Shown one piece after another: positions 30,409-39,902 of a stretch of 64,000 bases of DNA. The DNA is taken from NCBI GenBank assembly GCA_964468815.1, contig CAYXWN010000004.1:164-64163 (forward strand). Reading direction: 5' to 3'. The notes under the pieces are model-generated. The model saw only the letters and a program-made list of their open reading frames with translations. It searched no databases and was not told where the DNA came from. This DNA comes from an uncultured Clostridia bacterium (GTDB lineage: Bacteria > Bacillota > Clostridia > Christensenellales > Borkfalkiaceae). Both the position numbers and the translations under genes were made by a program. Every line of letters begins with the position of its first letter. The first letter of the stretch is position 1.

Positions 30409-31653
30409 TTATTCGGACAGGTCGCGCATCATTTCGATGACAAGCACATTCCAATTCAAAAAACTTCCCTCCATCGTGGGCTTGCCCGTTTCGGGATTGT
30501 ACGACTCGCTCATGTTGTTATTCTCCAACACGTCTTGCCCCAATAACTTTACCGTCTTTTTCGCGAGATCGCGCGCCTCTTTTTTCATGTTCGCCGCCTT
30601 TAAGGATTTCCATACGCAATAATTCGCGATGATCCAAACCGCACCGAGCCAATTAGATGGATTGCTCGATTCCTCTAAGCAATACATTTTTTCGTCTTTT
30701 GCGAGCGTACGCACGCCGTATTGGCACGACACGTTCTTGTCGAGATAATGCTTTTTCAAAATCGCTTTTCCCTCTTCCGCCGTGGCGATTCCGCACATAA
30801 TCGGCAAAAAGCAACCCCAAAACCGAATCTTTATCGGAATACTCTTCCAAAAAACACCAAGCCCGTGGTGAAAATTCTCTGTTTTACGCGTTTTGATATC
30901 CAGATATGCCGAATAGTACAAGTCGTCGCGCGCATCGTATAATTCCGAACGGATCGCCGACTTCAAGTTTTCGGCTTTCCCCAGATAATAAACATCGCTT
31001 TCGCCGCGCGATTCTAAAATTTCGTGCATTGCGCAAAATTCGGAATATAAAAAGCAATTTAAATAGACGTCCGCGCAACAATCTTCGGGGAATCCGAACA
31101 CGGTGGGATTATTATCTACGCCGATCATGACGTCGTTCCGCCAAAAATAAAGTCCGCTCTTCTCGTCAAATTGATACTTGTCGTAATATGCGAGATATTT
31201 TTTTAAGGGCGTCGCGTCAAACCACGAAAAATCGTTTACCGCCTTGCTGGCGTTGAGCGTTCCTCTACACAAAAAAGGCTTGTGTTGATTCACCTTTTTC
31301 CCTGCCAAATGCTCGTCTTTTAAAAGAGAAGACATCAATCCGGTCGCCGTAACGGTCATCGGAATAAATCCGTCGTCAAGTTGTTGATCAAAGAAATTTA
31401 AGATATTTCCCTTTATGTGAACGATTATTTTTTCTCTCATTTTATCGTAATCGAAATCGGGAGAATTTTTATAATATTCACAATATTCCAAAAGAGCCTT
31501 TGCGCTCCAATAAGAATCCCAATCCCATAAATTGTTGGCGTACATCGCACCGGGATCTAAAAATGGATGGTTGAATACGCCGTCCGTCGGCTTTAACATT
31601 TTCGGTGCGTTCTCTCGGATATAACCGCTTACCGCTTTTATATACTCTTTCAT
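30409..31653 (-). CDS. Cytoplasmic (alpha/alpha)6 six-hairpin glycoside hydrolase, GH63/MGH1-like
   Basis: 414 aa with no signal peptide. The motifs NLWDWDSYW and a C-terminal ESYNPETGKP...FLNWN are typical of GH63-like or mannosylglycerate-hydrolase-like enzymes. Family call by eye. Confidence 0.7.
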   Translation of the reverse strand: MKEYIKAVSGYIRENAPKMLKPTDGVFNHPFLDPGAMYANNLWDWDSYWSAKALLEYCEYYKNSPDFDYDKMREKIIVHIKGNILNFFDQQLDDGFIPMTVTATGLMSSLLKDEHLAGKKVNQHKPFLCRGTLNASKAVNDFSWFDATPLKKYLAYYDKYQFDEKSGLYFWRNDVMIGVDNNPTVFGFPEDCCADVYLNCFLYSEFCAMHEILESRGESDVYYLGKAENLKSAIRSELYDARDDLYYSAYLDIKTRKTENFHHGLGVFWKSIPIKIRFWGCFLPIMCGIATAEEGKAILKKHYLDKNVSCQYGVRTLAKDEKMYCLEESSNPSNWLGAVWIIANYCVWKSLKAANMKKEARDLAKKTVKLLGQDVLENNNMSESYNPETGKPTMEGSFLNWNVLVIEMMRDLSE

Positions 31654-31804
31654 GCCGTTTCTCTTGCGGAAAAATCACGTTTTTCCGCCCTTTTTCTCCT
31701 TTGACAAATTCTTGTTTTTCAGAATGGAAGCAATTGCCCCATAAAAGGCATGATTGCGGACGTTTCAACGAGCCGCAATCTCCTTTTTTAATGATTTAAG
31801 AAAG

Positions 31805-34774
31805 TTAAAATTCTTCTTTTTCTATCCGTTCTTTTGTTAAATACACGTCGCCGATCGCAAACGGGACGAAATGATAATCGTCCACGTACGTACATTCGGG
31901 CGCATCCGTACGTACGACGTTATCCTCGTATCCGCGCTTCCCGACGAACGTACTGAGTCCGACGAAATTCTGCTCGCCCCGAATATGATGGTGCGGTCCG
32001 AGCAAGTTTCTGTTTCCGGACACGGCGACGACCGTAATTTTATTTCTTCCTTCCTTTACGAAATCGGTTATTTCGAGAGAAGCCGCCCCGTCGCCGATCG
32101 AACCGCAAAATACGCCGTTTACAAAAATCCGCAACAGTACGGCGTGCGAACGCTCCGACTCAACGTAATAATTACAGTCTTTCGTTAATTCCGCCTCGTA
32201 TTCCGCCACGATTTCACCGCGATAAAAAGGATATCCGCAATCGGTGATATCGCAATCGGTCGTCAACGGTCGTTCCCTCGTGATCGCGAAATTGCCTGCC
32301 GTCTTGTAATAGCCGGAATGATTTTGAATCGGCGCGCTTTTTACGCCGAACTTGCCGCGAACATAGCAATTTTCGATTTCCAAGGGGTAACTGAACACGT
32401 TTCGGACGCACTCGAACGAATTTTCGACGTCGATCAACGTTTTCGCCGCCTTTAACGTGCCGACGACGCCAATCTTGTTCCACCCTTTCACGAGCAAATT
32501 CTTTATATCGCTCCCGATAATGCTCTTGTCGATCCACCAACGGTCGTCGTTTAAGGTTACGAGCGCGCCGTTTACGCTTACGTCCGAAAAATGCCCCCTT
32601 TCCAAGAAAAGTTCGGCTGTTTCCGGCACTTCGTCGCACTGAACGCCGAACACCACCTCAACGGCGATATCCTTGGTAATTTCCGCAGACTTTCCGTATA
32701 AATACTCTTGTATGCGCTGCACGGGCGCGTTCTCGAACACTTTTTCCCCGTCTACGATGCAGTCCGCATAATCCAACGTGATCGCGTTTTGATCGCACAC
32801 GCGAAATTGCTCGGAATGGAGCAATTTCTTTTCGACCTTACGCCGAATGCGATTCGTGTCGTTTTTCTTATCGAGGATAAAATACGCGCTTTCCATCGGT
32901 TTCAACGTCTGCTCGGTATACGTGCGGCAAGGCGAAGCAACCGCCTCTTGCAAATATTTTTTTCCGCTCGACAAATTCACCCGATAAACAGAACCGCGGC
33001 GATTGAACGTTAAAACAAAGCGTTTTTCGTCGCATACGGACGTATTGCAAATGAAAACGTATAAACGATCTGCGTCCTCCGAAACGTGTATTTTACAACT
33101 TTTTACCAATATTTCGTCCTTGCCGTACAATGCAACGGGACGACGGTAACCGTAATACTCGAAAATCTTTTCCAGTTTTTTCGCGCTGTTAAAATATTCG
33201 TAGAATCTACCGCTTTCCTTTAATACCGACGACAACGCCTTTCCCTGCGTTCCCGTCAACGATTGTTCGTTTCCGACCAATACGATGCCGCCGCCCTGCG
33301 CAAACTTTTTGATCTTGCGCAACGCGTTTTGCGAAGGCTCTGCGCCGTCCGGCAAAATTAAATAGCGATAATTCATTCTTCCGACGTTCAGCGCACCGTC
33401 CTTTACCTTGCCCTTTTCTTCCAACATCCACTCGTCCAACACGTCGAAAGGAATTTGAGCGTCCTCTAAATTCTCTATCAACTGCCTGTAAAAGGTAGAA
33501 ATTCTGCCGTTTTGCGAACAGCCGGCAACACCCTTAAAACAAGCGGTGATCGGAGAAAGAATCGCGACGTCCGCAAAGGGCTTCCCCTGCGATACCGCCC
33601 CGTTGACGTTTTCCATCCATTGAAAGAGTACGTCCGCATAATTCCACCAAGGCGATTGGTAGGAGAAAAACGCAGGATAATCGCGCTTTCTGATTCCGCT
33701 GATCGTATACGCGGACAAGTGCAAACACGCCGTATTGACGCCGTACGCCGCTTGATATCCCCAAATCCACGCGTATTGCGAAAAGGAAGTATTCCAACCG
33801 CAACACCCAAACGTTTCGCTCAACACGTTTTTATAGCCGACCTGCCGTTTTACCGAACCGATTTGCTTTAAGAGCACGGGCGAAGTCAATCTTCTGCCCA
33901 AAAAATCAATGCCCGGATAATCCATATAACGATAATGATTGGCAACGTTTCCGCTCAGTTGATACTGCGTGCTGATGCCGTCCTCTCCGCCGAAATGCCC
34001 GGTCAAAAGAAGATTGTTTTCTCTGCACCACCGGTTTAATTTATCCGTAAAACTCTCGGCAAATAATTTCGCGTAAAGTTCGTAAAAATGCGAACGGAAT
34101 TTCCGACCTTTGGCGGTATCCTCTCTCAAAAGCCATAAATCCGCGCGTAAATTCCCGTAAACGGCATTGTAGCGTTCTTCCAAGCGAGGACTCCACGCCG
34201 TACGGAACGCAAGTTGCGGCTCATCCGTAAAGATGCCGCGAATCACCGTTCCGAAATACGCACCGAACCGCTCTTTGTACCGTTCGTGCGTGCTTTCGAT
34301 AAATAAATCCACAACCTTATCGTTGAGTAAATCGACGTAATTTGCGTTTACTTTCGCAAAGCAATACAGATCGGCGTTGTCTTTTTCGGTTATTTGATAG
34401 CCGCCGCGAACCTTTTCGTATTTCGCAATAAACTCGCCGCAGACGTCTTTTTCTTCTTCACAAAAGGCGCCTTCTTTCTGTAACGCCCAAGTGCCGTGAT
34501 TTAAGACGGCACCGCCGCCGAAGCCGCTCGGCCAACCGTTTTCATCGTAAAGCCACACTTCGAGATTCTGCTTTTTTGCCTCGTCTATGGCAACCGCGAT
34601 GGCGGAAAACCATTCCTCGCTCATATAAGAAAGTTTTAATCCCGCTCTTGCATGGATAAAAAAGCCGCCTATGCCCCTTTTTGCAAAATCACAAATCTGT
34701 AATCGTATTTCAGGCTCTTTCATCTCGCCGTTCCAAGACCAAAAAACCTTATTCTTTCTCGTAATTTCTTTCAT
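31805..34774 (-). CDS. Large cytoplasmic glycoside hydrolase (family not assignable by eye; resembles 'glycosyl hydrolase, GH106-like jelly-roll' annotations)
   Basis: 989 aa. The N-terminus reads VFWSWNGEMKEPEIRLQICDFAKRGIGGFFIHARAGL...EVWLYDENGWPSGFGGG. No signal peptide. Confidence 0.75.
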   Translation of the reverse strand: MKEITRKNKVFWSWNGEMKEPEIRLQICDFAKRGIGGFFIHARAGLKLSYMSEEWFSAIAVAIDEAKKQNLEVWLYDENGWPSGFGGGAVLNHGTWALQKEGAFCEEEKDVCGEFIAKYEKVRGGYQITEKDNADLYCFAKVNANYVDLLNDKVVDLFIESTHERYKERFGAYFGTVIRGIFTDEPQLAFRTAWSPRLEERYNAVYGNLRADLWLLREDTAKGRKFRSHFYELYAKLFAESFTDKLNRWCRENNLLLTGHFGGEDGISTQYQLSGNVANHYRYMDYPGIDFLGRRLTSPVLLKQIGSVKRQVGYKNVLSETFGCCGWNTSFSQYAWIWGYQAAYGVNTACLHLSAYTISGIRKRDYPAFFSYQSPWWNYADVLFQWMENVNGAVSQGKPFADVAILSPITACFKGVAGCSQNGRISTFYRQLIENLEDAQIPFDVLDEWMLEEKGKVKDGALNVGRMNYRYLILPDGAEPSQNALRKIKKFAQGGGIVLVGNEQSLTGTQGKALSSVLKESGRFYEYFNSAKKLEKIFEYYGYRRPVALYGKDEILVKSCKIHVSEDADRLYVFICNTSVCDEKRFVLTFNRRGSVYRVNLSSGKKYLQEAVASPCRTYTEQTLKPMESAYFILDKKNDTNRIRRKVEKKLLHSEQFRVCDQNAITLDYADCIVDGEKVFENAPVQRIQEYLYGKSAEITKDIAVEVVFGVQCDEVPETAELFLERGHFSDVSVNGALVTLNDDRWWIDKSIIGSDIKNLLVKGWNKIGVVGTLKAAKTLIDVENSFECVRNVFSYPLEIENCYVRGKFGVKSAPIQNHSGYYKTAGNFAITRERPLTTDCDITDCGYPFYRGEIVAEYEAELTKDCNYYVESERSHAVLLRIFVNGVFCGSIGDGAASLEITDFVKEGRNKITVVAVSGNRNLLGPHHHIRGEQNFVGLSTFVGKRGYEDNVVRTDAPECTYVDDYHFVPFAIGDVYLTKERIEKEEF

Positions 34775-34803
34775 TTTGCACCTTTATTGCTATTTGCGGT
34801 CGT

Positions 34804-35808
34804 TTATTTCGGCGACGCAACCGATTTACGAATCACGATTTCCGTTTCGTATTTTTCAAACGTTCCTATTACGTTATTTTCAATACTGTGCGAAAGGATA
34901 TCGAAAACCTTTCGCCCGTATGCGTTTTTATCATAAGTTACGGTAGTCAGCGCGGGACTTACGAAATTAGAATACAATATATCATCAAAGCCGACGACCG
35001 AAACGTCTTCGGGAACGCGGATTCCGCGTTTTTGCAACTCGCTTAACGCACCGTACGCCATTAAGTCGTTCGTCGTAATGATTGCAGTGGCTTTACAACC
35101 GCTCTCTATCAACTTCGCCGTAAGTTGCATACCTGTTTGAACGGAAGTGTCATACGGATATTCGTTATCGATCACCGTACCTTCCTTGCCCATAAGATTC
35201 CTGTATTCGTCCTTAAACGCCTTATACCGTAAGTCTACCGTATCTTCCCTCAACCCGGAAAGATACGCAATATCGGTATGCCCGACCGATTTTAAATAAG
35301 CGATCAGTTTGCGCATACCTTGTGCCATGTCGATTTCGACACAGCCGTATCCCAATTTAAAATTATCGAATTTGTTACCCGTCACGACCTTTATTCCGTT
35401 TTTCGTAAATTTGTCGATAACGTTCGATACTACGTCGGAATTGATAAGCGAAATATACACGCCGTCAATTCTCCGTGAAATAAGATCGGCAACTTGATTG
35501 CGGAAGCCGTTCATCGCGTCCGCAAAATACACGGCATAGCCTGCCTGCGACGCGCTTTCTTGAAACCCGTGGAATATTTCGCCGAAAATCGGGTTGGATA
35601 CGTCGTTAACTAAGATTGCAACCGTGTACGTTTTCTTTTTCGTCATACTCTTTGCAATCATGTCGGGCTTATATCCGTATTGCTCGACCACGGACAATAC
35701 TCTTTGCGTCACCTCATCGGAAAACTTTCTGCTATTGTTTAAGATATAAGAAACCGTTTGCTCCGACACTCCGGCTATTTTTGCTATATCTTTTCTGGAT
35801 ATGCGCAT
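34804..35808 (-). CDS. LacI-family transcriptional regulator
   Basis: N-terminal HTH ([23 protein letters not shown]) plus a periplasmic-binding-protein-like sugar sensor domain. The ATG at 35808 is preferred over the GTG at 35823. Confidence 0.9.
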   Translation of the reverse strand: MRISRKDIAKIAGVSEQTVSYILNNSRKFSDEVTQRVLSVVEQYGYKPDMIAKSMTKKKTYTVAILVNDVSNPIFGEIFHGFQESASQAGYAVYFADAMNGFRNQVADLISRRIDGVYISLINSDVVSNVIDKFTKNGIKVVTGNKFDNFKLGYGCVEIDMAQGMRKLIAYLKSVGHTDIAYLSGLREDTVDLRYKAFKDEYRNLMGKEGTVIDNEYPYDTSVQTGMQLTAKLIESGCKATAIITTNDLMAYGALSELQKRGIRVPEDVSVVGFDDILYSNFVSPALTTVTYDKNAYGRKVFDILSHSIENNVIGTFEKYETEIVIRKSVASPK

Positions 35809-35872
35809 ACTTCCTTTCCCCACAAACTATATCGTCTACTTTCTTTTTCTGCCGTTTTTTGATTCCGTTTCA

Positions 35873-35888
35873 CACTACTCGGGTAGTG
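35873..35888. promoter_or_regulatory. Candidate LacI-family operator (CACTACTCGGGTAGTG)
   Basis: A 6-4-6 inverted repeat with a central CG lies about 65 nt upstream of the LacI start, just downstream of a TTGACA / TGaTACGAT promoter-like pair. The core CTACTCG.GTAG is shared with 51601-51616. Confidence 0.45.
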
Positions 35889-36093
35889 ATATCGTATCAT
35901 AATTATCAATATTTTGTCAATAATTTTGAAAATATTTTTTCATTATCTTAAATATCGTTATAGCTATAAAAACTTTAACGATTTGAAAAACCGCCCGTTC
36001 CTTTTATTTTACAAAGCACTTACGAAAAAATAACCGATTTTACTTCGCTTTATAAAAAATTTTTTTGCTAAAAATTTTCTTTTTCGGTATTCT

Positions 36094-36126
36094 CTCCGAC
36101 GTTCGGTTTTTCACCGAACGTCGGAG
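36094..36126 (-). terminator. Strong hairpin downstream of the alpha-glucan operon
   Basis: CTCCGACGTTCGG-tttttca-CCGAACGTCGGAG forms a perfect 13-bp stem. There is no clear U-tract. Confidence 0.5.
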
Positions 36127-36140
36127 ATCATCCGTTTTAT

Positions 36141-36172
36141 AAAACAGAGGCAAGGCCTTTTGCCCTTGCCTC
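36141..36172 (-). terminator. Rho-independent terminator of the alpha-glucan operon
   Basis: In minus sense: GAGGCAAGG-gcaaaagg-CCTTGCCTC followed by TGTTTTA. It lies about 30 nt after the stop at 36204. Confidence 0.7.
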
Positions 36173-36203
36173 CGTCTTCCTAAGATTTATTTAATTGTTT
36201 TTA

Positions 36204-38099
36204 TTATCTAGCGCGCTTTTTTCCGAAAACGAACGCTGCCGCCACCAAAAGAACGATTGCGCCAACCGCAAACGAAGCGTCTAACGAAGAACCGCAACCC
36301 GGCTTTTCCGCAACGATTACCTTTACGGTGTACTCATTGCCGTTATAGGTAATTTTTACGGTCTGCTCGCCGGACGTCGCTTTGTCGTAATCGGAAACCG
36401 TAAAGTCTGCCGCGGATACGCTAACGTTCTCGCTCTCTTTTCCGCTTGCGTACTTTTTAACCACCTTGATCGTGGAAAGATCGAAATCCTCGTTATACTC
36501 GTATTCCGCCTTGGTTACGCTTACTTCGTAGGACTCTACGTCCGCAACCTCTACTTCAAAGGTCGCCGTAACGTTCTGATTCAATACCGTCTTCGTTACG
36601 GATACCGTTTGCTTGCCAACCGTGTTTTTGTCAAATCCGTTTACGGTTAAATCCGCGAGCGTCAACGTTTCCGTCGTTCCGTCCATATACGTAAGTTCAA
36701 AAGAACCGCCGCTCAATTCTTCGCCGTAACTCACGTTTGCAGGAGCGGTCGTAACCGTCAAACCGGACGCGTAATTCGCAACCTCCGTATCCGAAACGAT
36801 ATACCATTTCATATTGCTGATAACCGTTTCGCCGTTGGTTCTGTCACCGAAGGAGAATACGGGGACGTATTCGTCGGGTAAAATTTCCTTATCGACAACG
36901 GAAGCCCATACTTTACCGTCAACGGTCAATTTCGCGCTTACTTTTTTGCCGCTGTATTCGACTTTTACTTTATACGAACCGCCTGCGGGGAATGCCGTTC
37001 CGGAAACGGGAAGTTCGTGACAAATTACTTCTGTGTAGTTACCTACTTCATCGCAACGTTGGAACAAATAGCACGTTCCCGCACCGCCGGACATACCTGC
37101 GCGGAAATGGAACTCATACGTATCAATTCCGTTCTTTGCAAAGACGAGGAACGGAACAGTCCAAGATCCCGTCGTTCCCGGGGTAATCGTCGCTTCCATA
37201 CCGAAGGTCAATTCGTTGACAGCCTTCTCACTACCGTCTGCAAAACGAACCTTACCGTCCGTTACGCTGCTGACAACGGTGGGAATGTATACGCGGGAAT
37301 CGTCACCGTACAGCATGACCTCGCCCGTTTCTGCGTCATAGAAGTTCTTTCCCCAATCGGTTGCACCGAAATTCAAAAGGTTGGTGTATTCGGGTTCGGG
37401 AATTACCACAACGCCCTCTTTAACGTAGAAGCGCATGTTACTGAATTCAGCATCTTTGATCTTTCTGTCGCCAAGTCCGAACACGGGCGTGTAGCCGTCC
37501 GGCAAATCGATTTGAACGTTCGATACGTCAAGACGCGTCGTCGTACCGTTTACGAGAATCTTAACGGAAACGGTCTTTGCCTTATATTCCATATGAATGG
37601 TATAAGAATCGCCGACCGCGATAGGAGCATTGTTTCCGCCAAACTCTTTTACCGTTCCCTTATCCAGATCCCCTTCTCTCGCAAACGCATATACGCTGCC
37701 GACTCCGTTACGGTCATGCAACTCATATGCTACGTCTCCGTCTTGCGCGAAGATCAAGAAAGGTACTTGCCACGTAGCGACCGCAGCAGGCTTTACGGTT
37801 ACCTCAGCCACGAAGGTAACTTCATCTACCCCCTTCGTAGAGCCGTCGGTAAACTCCAACTGCGTATCCGCCGCGATGGGCAGAAGTGTTTGGAAATACA
37901 AACGAACGTCGTCGCCTGCCATTTTCAGCGTACCGGTTTCGGCGTTGTACGTATGATTCCCATAATTGGTCTTTCCGAAATCCAAAAGATTTTGGATTTC
38001 GGATTCGACAGTCGAATCCGCCGCAAATGCAGGACAGACTGCCAGTGCCGTCGTAACGACGAGTGCAAAGGTCAACATCATGATTAAAATTTTTTTCAT
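36204..38099 (-). CDS. Secreted protein with duplicated ~205-aa beta-sandwich module, Ig-like domains and a C-terminal G-C-G-S + TM + basic-cluster signal
   Basis: 631 aa. Signal peptide ...AVCPAFA/AD. Two internal repeats (NLLDFGKTNYGNHTYNAETG... and NLLNFGATDWGKNFYDAETG...). Ig-like strands (GKQTVSVTK, GEQTVKITYNG). The C-terminus is EKPGCGSSLDASFAVGAIVLLVAAAFVFGKKRAR. Confidence 0.8.
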   Translation of the reverse strand: MKKILIMMLTFALVVTTALAVCPAFAADSTVESEIQNLLDFGKTNYGNHTYNAETGTLKMAGDDVRLYFQTLLPIAADTQLEFTDGSTKGVDEVTFVAEVTVKPAAVATWQVPFLIFAQDGDVAYELHDRNGVGSVYAFAREGDLDKGTVKEFGGNNAPIAVGDSYTIHMEYKAKTVSVKILVNGTTTRLDVSNVQIDLPDGYTPVFGLGDRKIKDAEFSNMRFYVKEGVVVIPEPEYTNLLNFGATDWGKNFYDAETGEVMLYGDDSRVYIPTVVSSVTDGKVRFADGSEKAVNELTFGMEATITPGTTGSWTVPFLVFAKNGIDTYEFHFRAGMSGGAGTCYLFQRCDEVGNYTEVICHELPVSGTAFPAGGSYKVKVEYSGKKVSAKLTVDGKVWASVVDKEILPDEYVPVFSFGDRTNGETVISNMKWYIVSDTEVANYASGLTVTTAPANVSYGEELSGGSFELTYMDGTTETLTLADLTVNGFDKNTVGKQTVSVTKTVLNQNVTATFEVEVADVESYEVSVTKAEYEYNEDFDLSTIKVVKKYASGKESENVSVSAADFTVSDYDKATSGEQTVKITYNGNEYTVKVIVAEKPGCGSSLDASFAVGAIVLLVAAAFVFGKKRAR

Positions 38100-38120
38100 T
38101 TTAACCCCTCCTAAAAAATT

Positions 38121-39032
38121 TCAGATGAATTTATTCCATACCGCCAACGCGATAAATGTCACAATACAAAGAACGTACGTAAGAATCGAATTTCGATCCA
38201 AGCGCGGTTCTTCTTTTGCAAACTTAACGCGAAGCGGCTTGAATAACAGAATTGCGCAGGCAAGCGACGCAAACGTCACCGCACCGCAAAACAGGGCGCA
38301 TAAAAGCGCGGTTTCCCTCGACGTTACCCCGTACGCAGACAGAGGCAACACCCAATACGAGGGAATAATTACTTGCAGACATTCAAAGATAACTGCAAAG
38401 AGAAAGGGAAACACCGCTCGATCGGTCGCCGCGTAAATCAAACTTGCAACTACGCCAAGCAGCAACAATCGCAAAAAGATGGAAGAGTCGTAACACACGA
38501 GCGCGGATAAAACGCAAGGCAATAAATATCCGACAAAGGAATTACCGTATGCGATTTTCCCAAGATAGCGAAATACGTATTCCCGTAAAAGGGTAACGAT
38601 CACGCCGTTTACCAATAAGGATAAAACAAGTTGCCACGCACTCGGTCGAACGGGCATGGAAAGAGAAATTCCTCCCGTGATCGCAGAGCGAAAGCCTGCA
38701 ACCGTGTACGATAAATAGGTATACAACAACCACGCAGTCATTGCGAGTAAGATTACGAAAACGAATTGTTTTTTCTCTATCGGCGCAGGCGAATCTCTAT
38801 ACGTCGATTCCGTCCCAGAATATTTTTTCTCGGTGTGCACCAGCACTACCGTCGGAATCGCAAACACGACAAACGGTTGTAAGCCGTACAGCAAAATCAC
38901 CGACCACAATTCGCTCGCAAATTTTGCAATTACCAACGAATAGAGAAACCCGATGAGCAACATATAAAAAGTCGCAATCTGAAAGGACGTTTTCCTTATA
39001 CGCAAGTCGGGATCAAACAGAATATTTTTCAT
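38121..39032 (-). CDS. Polytopic membrane protein (~9 TM), CPBP/Abi-like fold with degenerate catalytic motifs
   Basis: 303 aa. The segment TLLREYVFRYLG ... SALVCY ... GVVASLIYAATDRAVFPFLFAVIFECLQ follows the spacing of the CPBP motifs (EExxxR, FxxxH, HxxxN). The first Glu is Arg and both His are missing. Confidence 0.6.
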   Translation of the reverse strand: MKNILFDPDLRIRKTSFQIATFYMLLIGFLYSLVIAKFASELWSVILLYGLQPFVVFAIPTVVLVHTEKKYSGTESTYRDSPAPIEKKQFVFVILLAMTAWLLYTYLSYTVAGFRSAITGGISLSMPVRPSAWQLVLSLLVNGVIVTLLREYVFRYLGKIAYGNSFVGYLLPCVLSALVCYDSSIFLRLLLLGVVASLIYAATDRAVFPFLFAVIFECLQVIIPSYWVLPLSAYGVTSRETALLCALFCGAVTFASLACAILLFKPLRVKFAKEEPRLDRNSILTYVLCIVTFIALAVWNKFI

Positions 39033-39891
39033 AGATCCCCCATAAATAACTTTTTATTTCTTCGCGATCCAACAGCGCGAAGTAGGTTGACTTGCCGTTC
39101 ACGGTGCTTCTCTTTTCTTTCCGTCCGATTCGGTAATAAACCGTCGGTTTCAATTCGCAAAAAGGTTCTGCGCGAAACGCTTCCCGTCCGGTAAACGTAC
39201 AATTCAGCGTAATTTCTTCCCCCGCGCGCAAAATCACTTCGTCGTTCCATTCTCCGTAAACGTAATCGGCATCGTAATATCCCGTACTTTGCTCCATTCC
39301 TTGGAGTTGAACGGACAATCCCGTAATGAATACGTCCGTCTCTCCGTTGTTGATGATTTTTACGTTGTAACTGTTCAGTTCGGAGGCGTTTTGCGTATAC
39401 CCCGAATAAGACAGCACGTCGTCATCGTCCCCGACGGTAAGATCGAGATAAACCCGACCGATCGGAAAACTTTTCTCCGTTCCGTCCGATAAAACCAGAA
39501 CGGCTTGCGTGAGTGTTGCTGTGTATTCGGTAAAGTCATTTCGGTCCAACACGCAAACGATACGATAACTTGCAAAATAAAAATCAGAAAAGATCACCTG
39601 CAAACTCATATCTTTTAAAGAATACGGCTTTCCGTCTTGATCGCGCAAATACATTTCCTTGCTCGCCAGAAAGGACAGTCCGCCTTTCACCTCGTATACT
39701 TGCAAGGTGAAGTAGGGGTTGTACGCCTTTTCGGAAAAGGAAAGAGAATGTTCGTGATCGGCAAAGTATACCCCTGCGGGCGGAAAAGAACGCTTTTCCG
39801 CAAACATAACGCACACTCCCGAAACCGAAAAGGCGATACACGCCACTACGCAAATTGCAATTGCCGTAAGAAACCCGGGCAACTTTTTCAT
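39013..39891 (-). CDS. Single-pass (N-terminal anchor) extracytoplasmic protein, unknown function
   Basis: 292 aa with N-terminal TM FLTAIAICVVACIAFSVSGVCVMF. A 20-bp overlap with the downstream membrane-protein gene suggests translational coupling. Confidence 0.7.
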   Translation of the reverse strand: MKKLPGFLTAIAICVVACIAFSVSGVCVMFAEKRSFPPAGVYFADHEHSLSFSEKAYNPYFTLQVYEVKGGLSFLASKEMYLRDQDGKPYSLKDMSLQVIFSDFYFASYRIVCVLDRNDFTEYTATLTQAVLVLSDGTEKSFPIGRVYLDLTVGDDDDVLSYSGYTQNASELNSYNVKIINNGETDVFITGLSVQLQGMEQSTGYYDADYVYGEWNDEVILRAGEEITLNCTFTGREAFRAEPFCELKPTVYYRIGRKEKRSTVNGKSTYFALLDREEIKSYLWGIYEKYSV

Positions 39892-39902
39892 GCTGCACTC
39901 CG

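Noticed and set aside
38121-39032. Calling the 303-aa membrane protein a bona fide CPBP/CAAX protease.
   Set aside because: Only the E-x3-R part of motif 1 and the overall spacing are visible, and the catalytic His motifs are absent. It is therefore kept as 'CPBP-like, possibly degenerate' pending HMM or structural tests.
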